Shown one piece after another: positions 52,597 through 63,955 of a DNA stretch of 64,000 nucleotides. Origin of the DNA: Callorhinchus milii (taxonomy: Eukaryota); assembly GCF_018977255.1 (NCBI RefSeq), contig NW_024704743.1, forward strand, positions 11,472,001 to 11,536,000, in the 5' to 3' direction. Each line of letters starts with the position of its first letter. Position 1 is the first letter of the stretch. Position numbers and translations under genes: made by a program. Below the pieces are notes generated by a model. The model saw nothing but the letters and a program-made list of their open reading frames with translations, made no database searches and was not told the origin of the DNA.

Positions 52597-53245
52597 CAAT
52601 ACAAAATTACATTTGTGTAGCGTCTTCCACATCAGAAGGACGTCCCAAAGCACTGCACAGTCAGGGATGTGGACCAGAGCAGGAGGGTTGGGATCAGGGA
52701 GGGTGGAGGGCAGGAAGGGTAGGAGGGTGGCCAAAAGCGCAGTCGAAGAGGAGATTCACTGTCAGACCTGGCAGGATTGCCACAAGACCTACCGCTCTGC
52801 CCTCGCCTCAGCAAAGTCATCCTTTTATTCCCAAATAATCTTGGAACCCAAGTACAACCCCAGACTATACAAGTGTAATTTCTTGTGTTGTCTTGAGACA
52901 TGCTTTGAAGGTGGCAAGGGAGCGAGGCAAAAGGAATATAGGATGGAGTTCCAAAGGGTGGGGGCAGAGAGCCCGAAGGCTTGACCACTGGTTGTGGGGT
53001 GGGTCAGGGTGGGGGACGCAGAGCAGGCTGACCGGAGGGAGCAGACAAGTTGATATTGGGTCAGCAGGTCACAGAGGTAGGAATGAGCGAGGCTGTGGAG
53101 GGCTTTGAAGATGAAGACGAGGATTTTGAACTCTATCCTCTGAGGGATGTGGAGCCAGTGGGGGAAGGCAGAGTGGGTCATGGCACGGATGTGGGGTAGA
53201 AAGGATAGTTGAGAGTCAAGCAAGATGCCTAGGTTCTGGACTGGC
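52597..53245 (-). mobile_element. L2 3' fragment with a nested antisense mini-L2 (52753-52890)
   Basis: LSFLPHIRAMT...WLHIPQRIEFKILVFIFKALH...SAPTLWNSI. Confidence 0.82.
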
Positions 53246-53453
53246 TCTGAGGTGGAGTGTCTGTGTACAGTGTATGTCTACGTCAGTGTGAGTGTGTGTT
53301 TGTGCACGTGTGTGGGGGGCGAGGGGGGAGGAAAAGGAAGGCAGATAAATGGGACTCTCTTTTATAGATTATTTATAGAACCAGCGCAAATGCAAATGGC
53401 TTTCTTCTCTGCTGTAAAGTTTTGGGTTCTAACCTAAGGACTGACCACAATGA

Positions 53454-53745
53454 ATAATAATAATCCTTGCATTTGATATAGTGCCTTATCATGTCTTTGA
53501 GACACCTCAAAAGCGCTTTACAGGATACACTCTAGAGCGTATTGACTGTGTTTTGTGAGCGAAATGTGACAGCCAATTGCGCACAGCAGGATAGTCAAAT
53601 TAATATTATTTTTTGGAGGGATTATTACCCAATTGACTAACAACCGGGTTCCTACTTACTGCTGGGTAAACAGAGGCGTGTGGAGTAAGGAAACTTGCCT
53701 AAGGTTTTGGCCTGCCTAGGAATCAAACCCTGTGCTCTAACCACT
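53454..53745 (-). mobile_element. tRNA-derived SINE (older long form, deleted)
   Basis: Reverse-complement tail and body. Confidence 0.8.
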
Positions 53746-53976
53746 ACGCAACAGGTCTCCATATAACTAGTTAAGTTCCTCACCCCCACACATAGACTCT
53801 GCCCGCTCTTGCCCCCCAGAACTACTCTCACCACCACCCACCCACTCGAAAATTTTCCCCTCCCTAATCTGCCTTCTCAACATCTCAAAACTATTTCAGA
53901 AGCCAAAACTTTTGACAGGTTTGGTGGAGCTAACTGGTGGGGGGCACAAATTGTTAATCAGGAAGCATCAGGACTT

Positions 53977-54302
53977 GTGGAGTCCTGTAGCTCAGTGGTT
54001 AGAGCACTCGCTTTGCAAGCGAGAGACCTGAGTTCAATTCCAGGCAGGGCGAAACCTTGGGCAAGTTTCCTTACTCCACACAGAGCCTAATAATAATCCC
54101 TCCAAAAACAATAATAAATTGGTCATTTTCAATCTACGACTGTTTGTGGGACATTGCTGTGCGCAATTGGCTGCCGCGTTCGCCCACAAATATACAGTCA
54201 ATTCACTTTACAGTGTGTTCTGTGAAGCGCTTTGGGACGTCCTCCCGACGTGAAAAGCGCTATATCAAATGCAAGGATTATTATTATTATTATTATTATT
54301 AT
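53977..54302 (+). mobile_element. Best-preserved young tRNA-Ala(TGC)-derived SINE
   Basis: Cloverleaf-like head at 53981-54052; hairpin agcgcttt-gggacgtc-ctccc-gacgtg-aaaagcgct; (TTA)n tail; CpGs intact. Confidence 0.95.
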
Positions 54303-54547
54303 CTGTTACCACCATGGCTTCATCCCATTGCTGCAGAAACAGGAAATGTTTAAGATTCACCGTGGAGACAGATTTTGTTTTGCTCCAATATCAAACCTCC
54401 TACTTATAGAGGACTGAGCTGCCAAGTTATCACGATAGTTAGACAAGGCAGCGAACATGTATGTGTGTGTGTTGGGGTGGGGTGGACCTGAGCTGTGGCG
54501 AAACACAGAGAGTGAGGTCACAGGTTTCCAGATCAACGTACAGGTGG

Positions 54548-54840
54548 AGTGGTAAGAGTATTTGCCTTGCAAGTGAGAGGACCTGGGTTTGATTCCCGGC
54601 AGGGAGAAACCGTCGGCAAGTTTCCTTACTCCACAAACCTTTATTTATCTAACAGTATGTAGGATCCCAGTCGTTACTTGATTGGCAGGAATAATAATAC
54701 CTAAAAAAAAATTGAGTCATTCAATCTACAAATGTTTGTGGGACACTGCTGTGCGCATTTAGTTGCCACATTTCACCCACAATCAATCCACGTTATAATA
54801 TATTCTGTGAAGCACTTTAAGATGTCTCATTATTATTATT
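54548..54840 (+). mobile_element. tRNA-derived SINE (older)
   Basis: Degraded head, long internal segment, truncated tail. Confidence 0.75.
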
Positions 54841-55547
54841 CTGCAGAGTTATCTCCCAAGATTTGTTCGAGAATATCTAAGATTTTTTTTGTAAGAGAGA
54901 TCTGTTTATGGAAGGGGCAGAGGAGAAACAGGAGGTTCTAGAAAGTGGTTAAAGAGAATGTAGCTGTACAGAAGTTAAATAAAGTGAAGGAAGGAAGGAT
55001 GGATGGAAGGAAAGAAGGGAGGAAGCCAAAAGGAAATAAATTTTTTAAAAAAAGAGAAAAGAAAAGTAGAAAGTGAGAAATAATGAGATAAACAAGACAG
55101 CAAAGGATGAGACAGTGAAACCACTTGGATGATGAGAGCCTTCGGGCTGTGAAAATTCATACTAAACAATGTCAAAGAAAGAAAGTTAGTTGGATTTTAT
55201 AGCACTTTTAGCATATTGAAGTAAAGCATTTTACAAGTAACAACTGCTAAGTCTGTCTCTGGAGTAGTTGATCTATTCTCACCTGTGCTGAGCAGGTGAG
55301 GCTGGGCTGTGATTTTGGTGAGATGTTTGATGTTTCACCCAGAGTTGAAGGCTTTGACTCTGCAACACTCAGCCTCAGCAACCTGCCAGCCAAGTAGCAG
55401 AGCCACTCGCTGTGAGTTTCACACACCCAATGGTGGAAGTGGGTTGGTGATTTCGAAGGACACTGAGCTTGACAGGAAGAGGGATGAGCTACAAATACTG
55501 ACAGGGAAACAGAGAAACACATGCCAATCTGATCACTTATGCCATGT

Positions 55548-55912
55548 GTCCTGTAGCTCAGTGGTTAGAGCACTCGCCTCGCAAGCAAGAGTCCTGGGTT
55601 CGATTTCTGGCAGGGAGAAATGTTGGGCAAGTTTCCCTACTCCACACGCCTCTGCTTTCCTAGCAGTAAGTAGGAACTCGGTTGTTAGTTGATTGGTGGA
55701 TCGTTTTTCTGGGGGTAATAATTCCTTCAAAAAAATAAGAATAAATTGGTCACTTCAATCCACACTGTTTGTGGGACACTGCTGTGCGCAATTGGTTGCC
55801 GTGTTTCGCTCACAAAATATAGTCAATTCACTTTACAGCATATCTTGTGAAGTACTTTGAGACGTCTCGAAGACGTGATAAAGCACTATATCAAATGCAA
55901 GGGTTATCATTA
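55548..55912 (+). mobile_element. Best-preserved long-form tRNA-Ala(CGC) SINE
   Basis: Head plus gcctctgctttcctagcagtaagtaggaactcggttgttagttgattgg segment and TCGAA-loop hairpin. Confidence 0.9.
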
Positions 55913-56047
55913 ATATTTATTTTTATGTGGGGCGCATTACACTGCACTTCGAACAGTAATTTGTATGTACATAATAATGATAATAATCTTTGCATTTAAT
56001 ATCACGCCTTATCACGTCATTGAGATATCTCAAAGCACTTCACAGAA

Positions 56048-56500
56048 TAACAACAAAATTATATTTGTATAGCGCCTTTCACATGTGGTGGACTTCCCAA
56101 GGCTGGACAAATAGAGTTACGGACTCGAGCTGGGGGTCGTGGAGGATAGGGGGGGAAGCAGGGAGTTCAAAAGCTCAGTGAAAGAGGAGGGTCTTGAGAT
56201 GGGTCTTGAAGGAGGCCAGGGAGGGGGCGAGGTGGAGGGACTATGGGATGGAGTTCCAGAAGGTGGGTGCAGAGTGGTGGAAGGTCCGCCCGCCAATAGT
56301 GGGGCGAGCAAGGCAGGGGACGTGAAGCAGGCCGGAGCCCACTGCGCGGAGGGAGCGAACAGGGTGGTAGGGGGTTAGGAGGTCGCAGAGGTAGGGAAGA
56401 GCACGACCATGGAGGGCTTTGAAGGTGAGGACCAGGATCTTGAACTGTATCCTCTGTGTGATAGGGTCACGGAGCCTAATGCGGGAGAGGACACGGGCTG
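56048..56500 (-). mobile_element. L2 3' fragment abutting a SINE tail (55972-56049)
   Basis: caacaaaattatatttgtatagcgcc tail; RIQFKILVLTFKALHG remnant. Confidence 0.82.
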
Positions 56501-57640
56501 TTGAGGGGGGCGGTGGGTGTTGGTGTGCGGGTGGGTGAGAGGTGATGGTATGGGGCAGGCAGGGGTGATTGTGTACAGGGGCAGCAAAGGTTGATGGTGT
56601 ACAGGATGGGGGGGGTGGGACGTAATGGTGTGGGGGGGCAGGGGTTGATGGGGGCGGAGGGGGCCGGATGGGCGGGGATCATGAGTTAATGGTGTGCGGG
56701 GGGTCGGGGGGGTGATGGTGTGCGGGGAGTTGGGCGGGTGATGGTGTGTGGGGGGTCAGGGGGTCAGGGATTGTTGGTGTGCGGTGGGGAGGGGATGTGA
56801 TAGTATGGTGGACAGGGGATGATGTTGTGGGTGTCAAGAGGTGAGGTGTGGCGGGGTGTAGGTGTTGAGGGGATGGGGGGTGATAGTGCGCAGGAGGCAG
56901 GGGGGGTGATTGTGTGCAGCGGGGCAGGAAGTGATAGTGTGTGGGTGTGCGTGGGATGACGGTGTGCACATGGGGGTTGATGGTGTGCGGGAGCGGTAGG
57001 GGTTGATGGTGCTGAGGAGGGCGAGAATTGATGGTGTGGGGAGTGGGCGGGAGGTGATGGGGTGGGCGGGAGGTGATGGTGTGGGGGGTGGGCAGTGTTG
57101 ATGGTGTGGGGGTGGGGGGGTGATGGTGTGGGGGGTGGGCAGTCTTGATGGTGTGGTGGGTGGCGGGGGGTTGGTGTGGGGGGTGGGCGGGAGGTGATGG
57201 TGTGGGTGGGAGGTGGTGGTGTGGGGATGGGCTGGAGGTGATGGTTGGGGGGGCGTGTTGATGGTGTGGGGGGTGGGCCGGAGGTGATGGTGTGGTGGGG
57301 GGCAGTAGATGTTGGTGTGGGGGGGGTGGTGATGGTGTGGGGGTGCAGGGAGTGGTGATGTACGGGGGAGTGGGAGGTGATGGAGTGTGGGGGAGGGGCA
57401 GGAGGTGATGGAGTGTGAGAGGGGTGGGAGATGATGGTATGCGGAGGGGCAGGTGGGTGAGCGGTGATGGGGTGCAGGAGGGGCGGGGAGCCGGTTTGAT
57501 AGTCTGAGGTGGTGGGTTTGATGGTGTGTGGGGGGGGCGGGTAGTGATGGAGTGTGGGAGGGGTGAGTGGTGATGGTGTGCGGGTGGCGGGAGGTAATGA
57601 TGTGCGGGAGGGCAAGGGGTGATGGTGTGCATGGGGGAGC
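56500..57640. repeat. G-rich minisatellite, left (degenerate) arm
   Basis: ggaggtgatggtgtg(g)n-type units. Confidence 0.9.
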
Positions 57641-60600
57641 ATAAGAACATAAGAATTAGGAGCAGGAGTAGGCCATTCAGCCCCTCGAGCCTGCCCCGCC
57701 CATTCAAAAAGATCATGGCTGATCTATTCTAACTCCACCTACCCGCCTTATCCCCATATCCCTTAATCCCTTTATCCACAAGAAATCTATCAATCTCAGT
57801 CTTGAATATGTTCAAGGGCTGAGAAACTACAGCCCTTTGGGGTAGAGAATTCCATAAATTCACTACCCTCTGAGTGAAGAAATTTCTCCTCAACTCAGTG
57901 CGAAAGGGCTTACCCCGAATTTTAAGACTGTGACCCCTGGTTATAGTTTCTCTAACCAGGGGAAAAAGTCTCCCATTGTCTATTCTGTCATGCCCCTTAA
58001 TAATCTTATAGAAACCTATAATTCTTCTATATTCTAGAGAATATAGGCCTAAATTGCTCAACCTATCCTCATAATTCATCCTTGGTATCAACCTAATGAA
58101 TCTACGTCGTACCCCCTCCAAGGCGAGTACATCCTTTCTTAAATAAGGAGACCAAAACTGCACACAATATTCTAGGTGCAGTCTCACCAGGGCCCTATAC
58201 ATTTGCAGCAAGACTTACCTACTCTTATATTCTAACCCTTTTGTAACAAATGCCAACATACCGTTAGCCTTCCTAATTGCTTGCTGTACCTGCAAACTAA
58301 TTTTCTGTGACTAATGTACAAGGACACCCAAGTTTCTATGAACGCTAACACTATCTAGTCTCTCCGCTTCTAAAAAATAATCTGCTCTACTGTTTTTGCC
58401 ATCTAGGTGGATGACCTCCCACTTCCCTACATTATACTTCATCTATTTGCCCACTCACCTAGCCTATCTATATCTCGTTGCATTTTTTTAATGTCATCCT
58501 CGGTGTTTACTCTCCCTCCTAGTTTAGTGTCATCCGCGAATTTGGATATATTAAGTTCAATGTTCTCATCTAGATCGTTGATGTAGATTGTAAATAGTTG
58601 AGGTCCAAGGATTGATCCTTGTGGCACTCCACTAGTCACATCCCGCCAATCTGGGAAGGACCCGTTTATTCCTACTCTTTGTTTTCTTTCCGTTAGCTAT
58701 TCTTCAATCCATGCTAATATATTCCCCTTAATTCCATGGGCCCTAATCTTGTGGATCAACCTTTTATGTGGCACCTTATTGAATACCTTTTGGAAATCTA
58801 AATACACTACATCCACTGATTCCCCCCTATCTAATATCCTTGATATGTCCTCAAAAAATATAAAAGATTTGTTAAGCATGACTTCCCTTTTGTAAAGCCA
58901 CGTTGACTCTGTCTAATCATATTATGATACTCTAAATATCCCACTATGACATCCTTAATTAAGGATTCTAGAATTTTCCCTACCACCGATGTCAGACTAA
59001 CTGGTCTGTAGTTCCCCATCTTTTCTCTCCCACCCTTCTTAAATAGTGGTGTGATGTTTGCAATCTTCCAATCAATGGGAACTGTTCCAGAATCCAAAGA
59101 ATTTTGGAAGATCAGACACAAGGCCTCCACTATCTCATGAGCTACCTCTTTTAAAACCCTAGGATGCAAACCATCAGGTCCAGGGGACTTGTCACTTTTT
59201 AATGCCAACAATTTCCCTAGCACCAATTCTTTGCTAATGTAAATTTCCCTAAGTTACTCCCTATCATTAACCCCTTGGTTCATCTCTATTTCTGGTAAAC
59301 CTCTTGTGTCTTCTAACGTGAAGACAAAAGCAAAGTACCTATTTAGGGACTCTGCCATATCCTTATCCCCCATTATAATTCCTCCTGTCTCTGCCTGTAA
59401 TGGACCCACATTTACTTTTGCTAGCCTATTCCTCTTAATGTATTTATAAAAACTCTTACAATCTGTCTTAATGTTCCTAGCCAGCTTGGCCTCATAATCC
59501 ATTTTCTCACTCTTAATGAGCTTTTTGGTTTTCCTTTGTTGGTCCCTAAAACACTCCCAGTTCTCAGGTTTGCTACTCTTTTTGTCAGTTTTATAGGCCT
59601 TTTCTTTCAGTTTTATACTTTCCCTTACTGCTCTAGTTAGCCATGGATGAACTGCTTTCCCTGTGGTACTCTTATTCCTCAAGGGAATATGTGACTGCTG
59701 AGAATTTTACACTACATCCTTAAATGTTTGTCACTGTTGGTCTATTGTCATATCCATTAATCTAATTCCCCAGTCTATTTTAGCTAATTCTTCCCTCATA
59801 CCTGCAAAGTTAGCTTTATTTAAATTTAAGACCCTTGCTTCGGATTTGACTACATCGCTCTCTAACTTAATGCTAAATTCTATCATGTTATGATCACTCT
59901 GCCCTAGAGGAGCCTTAATATCTATATTACCGACTAGCCCTGTTTCGTTACACAAAACAAGGTCTAGGATGGTCTGTCCCCTAGTTGGTTCCTCAGCATA
60001 CTGCTCCAGAAAGCTATCTCTCATACACTCTATAAACTCCTCCTCTACCCTACTTTTGCCGATTTGGTTTTCCAAATCTATGTGAAGATTGAAATCACCC
60101 ACTATTACTACATTACCTTTGCTACATGCTCCTCTAATTTCCTGATTAATACCCTGTGCTATGCAGTGATCACTGTTTGGGGGTCTATAAACTACTCCCA
60201 CTAATGTTTTCTGCACCTTGTTATTTTGTAATTCTACCCATACCATCTCTACATCCTGGTTATCTGATTTGAAATTTTTCCTCTCTACTGTTTTTATTCC
60301 ATCCTTTATTAACAAGGCTACCCCACCACCTCATTTTCCACATTGTCTATCCTTCCTATAAGCTGATAACCCCGGAATATTTAACTCCCTCCCTGGATCT
60401 CCCTGTAACCATGTCTCAGTAATGGCTACTAGATCATACCTATTTGTATCTATCTGTGCCTTTAATTCATCTATCTTCGTGCCTTCAGATATAGTGATTT
60501 TAATTTCTTACCATTTCCCCTACTCTCTGATGCCCTATCCTCTTTACTGAGCTTCTTACCCCCTTTTGACCTATTCTGTTTATCTCTCTCGCTATTCTGT

Positions 60601-60653
60601 TCTGCCACTTTTAGTTTTCTTAATATTGCTGGCTTGCGATTATTTCTAATCGT

Positions 60654-60707
60654 ACGTCCTCCCGACGTGAAAGGCGCTCAATAAATGGAATCTTGTTGTT
60701 GTTGTTG
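60654..60707 (+). mobile_element. 54-bp L2 3' stub inserted in the CR1 inter-ORF region
   Basis: acgtcctcccgacgtgaaaggcgctcaataaatggaatc(ttg)n, matching 29109-29162. Confidence 0.88.
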
Positions 60708-60721
60708 TATCCCCCCTTTTA

Positions 60722-61624
60722 CTAGTTTAAAGCCTTATTTACCTCCCTATGTATTTGGTTTGATAGGACATTTGTCCCAGCCCGATTTAAGTGGAGCCCA
60801 TCTTTTTTAAATAGACCCCTTTTCCCCCAATACTGGTGCCAATGGCCCATAAAATGAAACCCCTGCGTTCCGCACCTCTCCCTCAGCCATGCATTTAATT
60901 CTCTAATTTGCTTATTCCTGTACCAATTTGCACATGTCAAAGACAGCAATCCTGATATCACTACATTTGATGTTCTTTGTTTCAATTTAGTTCCCAACTC
61001 CTTGAACTCCCTCCTCAAATCATCACAAGTAACCCTACCTATGTCATTGGTACCTATGTGAAGTACCACTAATGGATCCTCGCCCTCATGTTTCAGATTA
61101 TCTTCCAGCCCCGCCGAGATGTCCTTCACCCCGGCCCCAAGAAGGCAACAGAACCTTCGGGTCTTCTGGTTGCGGCTGCAGACAAGTGTATCTGTCCGCC
61201 TGATAGCCTCGTCCCCAATCACTACAACTTTATGTTTGTTTCCCCTAATATTGGAATCATGTTTTCCTTCCTCCTCACAGGCTTCCTTGTGCACACAGGT
61301 TGCAAGAATCTTGTACCTGTTGGCCAAGGTTAAAGCCTGAGGCTTCACTACCACTTTCTGGTGTTCCCTTAACCTCCTGCCTGTCAGACCCCTATCCTGT
61401 CCTTGACTGATACAATTATCTATACATTCCCTGAGCCTCAGGGGAGTGACTGGCTCCAGGATGAAATTATCCAGGAAGCACTCACTGTCCCTGATGCTGC
61501 GCAATGTCTGCACCTCGGATTCCAGCGCTGGAGCTGCCTCAGTTGCAGACATTTGCTGCAGATGTGGTTGCCTGGGGTCAGATTGCCCTCCAGCAACTCC
61601 CACATGTTACAGTCCTCACACAGG
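60722..61624 (-). pseudogene. CR1 ORF1 (zinc finger/leucine zipper plus SGNH esterase-like)
   Basis: CEDCNMWELLEGNLTPGNHICSKC in a frame shifted from the listed ORF, then VIGDEAIR, LHIGTND, DGLHLN. Confidence 0.85.
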
Positions 61625-62296
61625 AGGTGATGGTGCGTGGGGGGGCAGGAGGTGATGGTGCATGGGGGGGCAGGTGGTGTTGGTGTGCGGAGGGAGGAGG
61701 TGATGGTGTGCGGGGGGGCAGGTGGTGTTGGTGTGCGGAGGGAGGAGTTGATGGTGTGCGGGGGGGCAGGAGGTGATGGTGCGTGGGGGGGCAGGAGGTG
61801 ATGGTGTGCGGGGGTCAGGAGGTGACGGTGTGCGGTGGTGCAGGTGGTGACGGTGTGGGGGGGGCAGGAGGTGATGGTGCGTGGGGGGGCAGGAGGTGAT
61901 GGTGTGCGGGGGGCAGGAGGTGATGGTGTGTGGGGGTGCAGGTGGTGACGGTGTGCGGGGCGGGGGGGCAGGAGGTGACGGTGTGGGGTGCGGGGGGGGC
62001 AGGAGGTGATGGTGTGTGGGGGTGCAGGTGGTGACGGTGTGCGGGGCGGGGGGGCAGGAGGTGACGGTGTGTGGGGGTGCAGGTGGTGATGGTGTGCGGG
62101 GGGGGGGCAGGAGGTGATGGTGTGCGGGGGTCAGGAGGTGACGGTGTGCGGTGGTGCAGGTGGTGACGGTGTGCGGGGCGGGGGGGGCAGGAGGTGACGG
62201 TGTGCGGTGGTGCAGGTGGTGACGGTGTGCGGGGCGGGGGGGGCAGGAGGTGACGGTGTGTGGGGGGGCAGGTGGTGATGGTGTGCGGGGGGGCAG
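61620..62296. repeat. G-rich minisatellite, right (homogeneous) arm, unit about CAGGAGGTGATGGTGTGCGGGGGG
   Basis: Regular units of about 21-27 bp. Confidence 0.93.
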
Positions 62297-62614
62297 TTAA
62301 AGAGGTAAAATTTGAGATGATCCTTAAAAGAGGAGAGCAAGGAGGTGAGTCACATGGACTCTGGGATGGAGAATAGCTGAAAATCCACCCAGTGATGGTG
62401 ATTCAGATGTTTTTAGCGAAACGATGTCCGTGGACTAACAAGGAACATATGGGAGAGAGAAATTAAGGTATTAGTTTCTTCGCAGAATCTCATGATGCTG
62501 ATTTGGGAGAAGGGCATCTGTCAGTTTTGTTCTTATTGTGCCCTTCACTGCATGATGCATATTTGGATGGACCAAACTTCCTTTAATTTCTTAGAAAGTT
62601 CTGTGAACATTAAG

Positions 62615-62810
62615 GCTGTGTTGTATGTGTTTGTGTTTTGTGTGTGTGTTTGCTTATATATGTGTTGTGGGTTTTGTGTATATGTTGTGACTAGATATGT
62701 GTTGTGTGTAACTATGTCTGTTGTGTATGTATGTTATGTGTATATGTAGATACAGTACATTGTGTGTATGTGTGTATATTATGTGTGTTGTGTGTGTATG
62801 TGTTGTGTAA
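62615..62810. repeat. TG-rich low-complexity tract
   Basis: Degenerate (TG)n. Confidence 0.85.
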
Positions 62811-62972
62811 GGAGGGAGGGGGGAGGATGGTGGTGTGGAGGGGATAGGTCATCAGCCATTTCCTTTTCTGTCTTCAGCGATCGTGGGACTATTCGTCTCC
62901 CACTGCACAAGATCACAAGATCTGATTAGATAAAGAAGTCCCTTTGGTCAATCTTTTGCATTCTCTCAGAGG

Positions 62973-63282
62973 GAGTCCTGTGGTTAGAGCACTCGCCTCA
63001 CAAGCGAGAGGATCCGTTTAACGATTCCCAGGCAGGGCGAAACCTTAGGCAAGTTTCCTTAGTCCAAATGCGTACCTAGCAGTAAGTAGGAACCCGCTTG
63101 TAGTCAATTGGTGGATTGCTTTCAGGGGTAATAATCCCTCAAAAAAATAATGGTCATTCAATCCACGATTGTTTGTGGGACACGATTGTATGCAATTGGA
63201 TGCTGCATTTAGCCCACAAATACAGTCAACTCACTTTACAATATATTCTGTGAAGCGCTTTGAGATGTTTCAACAATTCGAT
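62973..63282 (+). mobile_element. tRNA-derived SINE (older long form), tail cut by a CR1
   Basis: Head, internal segment and start of hairpin. Confidence 0.8.
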
Positions 63283-63860
63283 AATCATAGAATCATAGAA
63301 TTATACAGCACAGAAGGAGGCCATTCAGCCCATCGTGTCGGTGCCGACTCTTTGAAAAGAGCTATCCAATTCAATCCCACTCCCCCGCTCGTTCCCCATA
63401 GCCCTGCAAACTTGTCCTCCCAAAATAATTATCTACTTCTGTCTTAAAAGTTGTTATCGAATCGGCTTTCACCACCCTTTCAGGTAATGCCTTTCAGATC
63501 TGAACATCTCGCTGTGTGAAAACAATTCTTCTCATCTCCCCTGTTTCTTTTAACAACTATTTTAAATCGGTGTCCTTGGGTTACCATCGCACCCACCAGT
63601 GTAAATAGTTTCTCCTTGTTCACCTTATCAAATTCCCTCATAATTTTGAAAACTTCTATTAAGTCTCCTCTTAACCTTCTCTGCTCCAAGGAGAATAATC
63701 CCGGCTTCTCCAGCCTCTCCGGATAACTGAAGTCGCTCATTCCTGGTACCATCCTGGTAAATCTCCTACATGAATCCCCGAGTTTCTCTGTTCCTTCACC
63801 CCCTTTAAGATTGTACATGTATCTTATATTGTCTCTACTCACTCTTCCTCCCAAAATGTA
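63283..63860 (-). mobile_element. CR1 3' end with (ATTCTATG)n tail, internally deleted
   Basis: RRFTRMVPGM...FSLEQRRLRGDLIEVFKIM; catagaatcatagaat tail. Confidence 0.9.
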
Positions 63861-63872
63861 TCTCTTCGCATT

Positions 63873-63955
63873 TAAGAACATAAGAACATAAAAAATGCAA
63901 GATGAAAAAAGACCAAGGTCCATCTAATTCACTTTCCACCTTCCTGGTGGTCGCA
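63873..63955 (-). mobile_element. CR1-like 3' end, (TTCTTATG) tail
   Basis: Matches 46310-46405. Confidence 0.65.

Larger units (their letters stand above)
57640..61624 (-). mobile_element. Near-full-length CR1 LINE, dead, with (TTCTTATG)n tail
   Basis: ORF2 pieces: [79 protein letters not shown]1 lies upstream. Confidence 0.95.

Noticed and set aside
53981..54052. tRNA-Ala gene (and similar heads elsewhere)
   Set aside because: Always followed by SINE body and tail; acceptor and T stems are imperfect, so these are SINE heads.
56679..57716. 345-aa and 292-aa Pro/His-rich ORFs
   Set aside because: Reverse-strand translation of the G-rich minisatellite.
61620..62296. CRISPR-like or telomeric array
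   Set aside because: No unique spacers, no cas genes and no TTAGGG; eukaryotic minisatellite.
62400..62620. Possible coding exon after tttcttcgcag
   Set aside because: No recognisable peptide in any frame and no convincing donor site.
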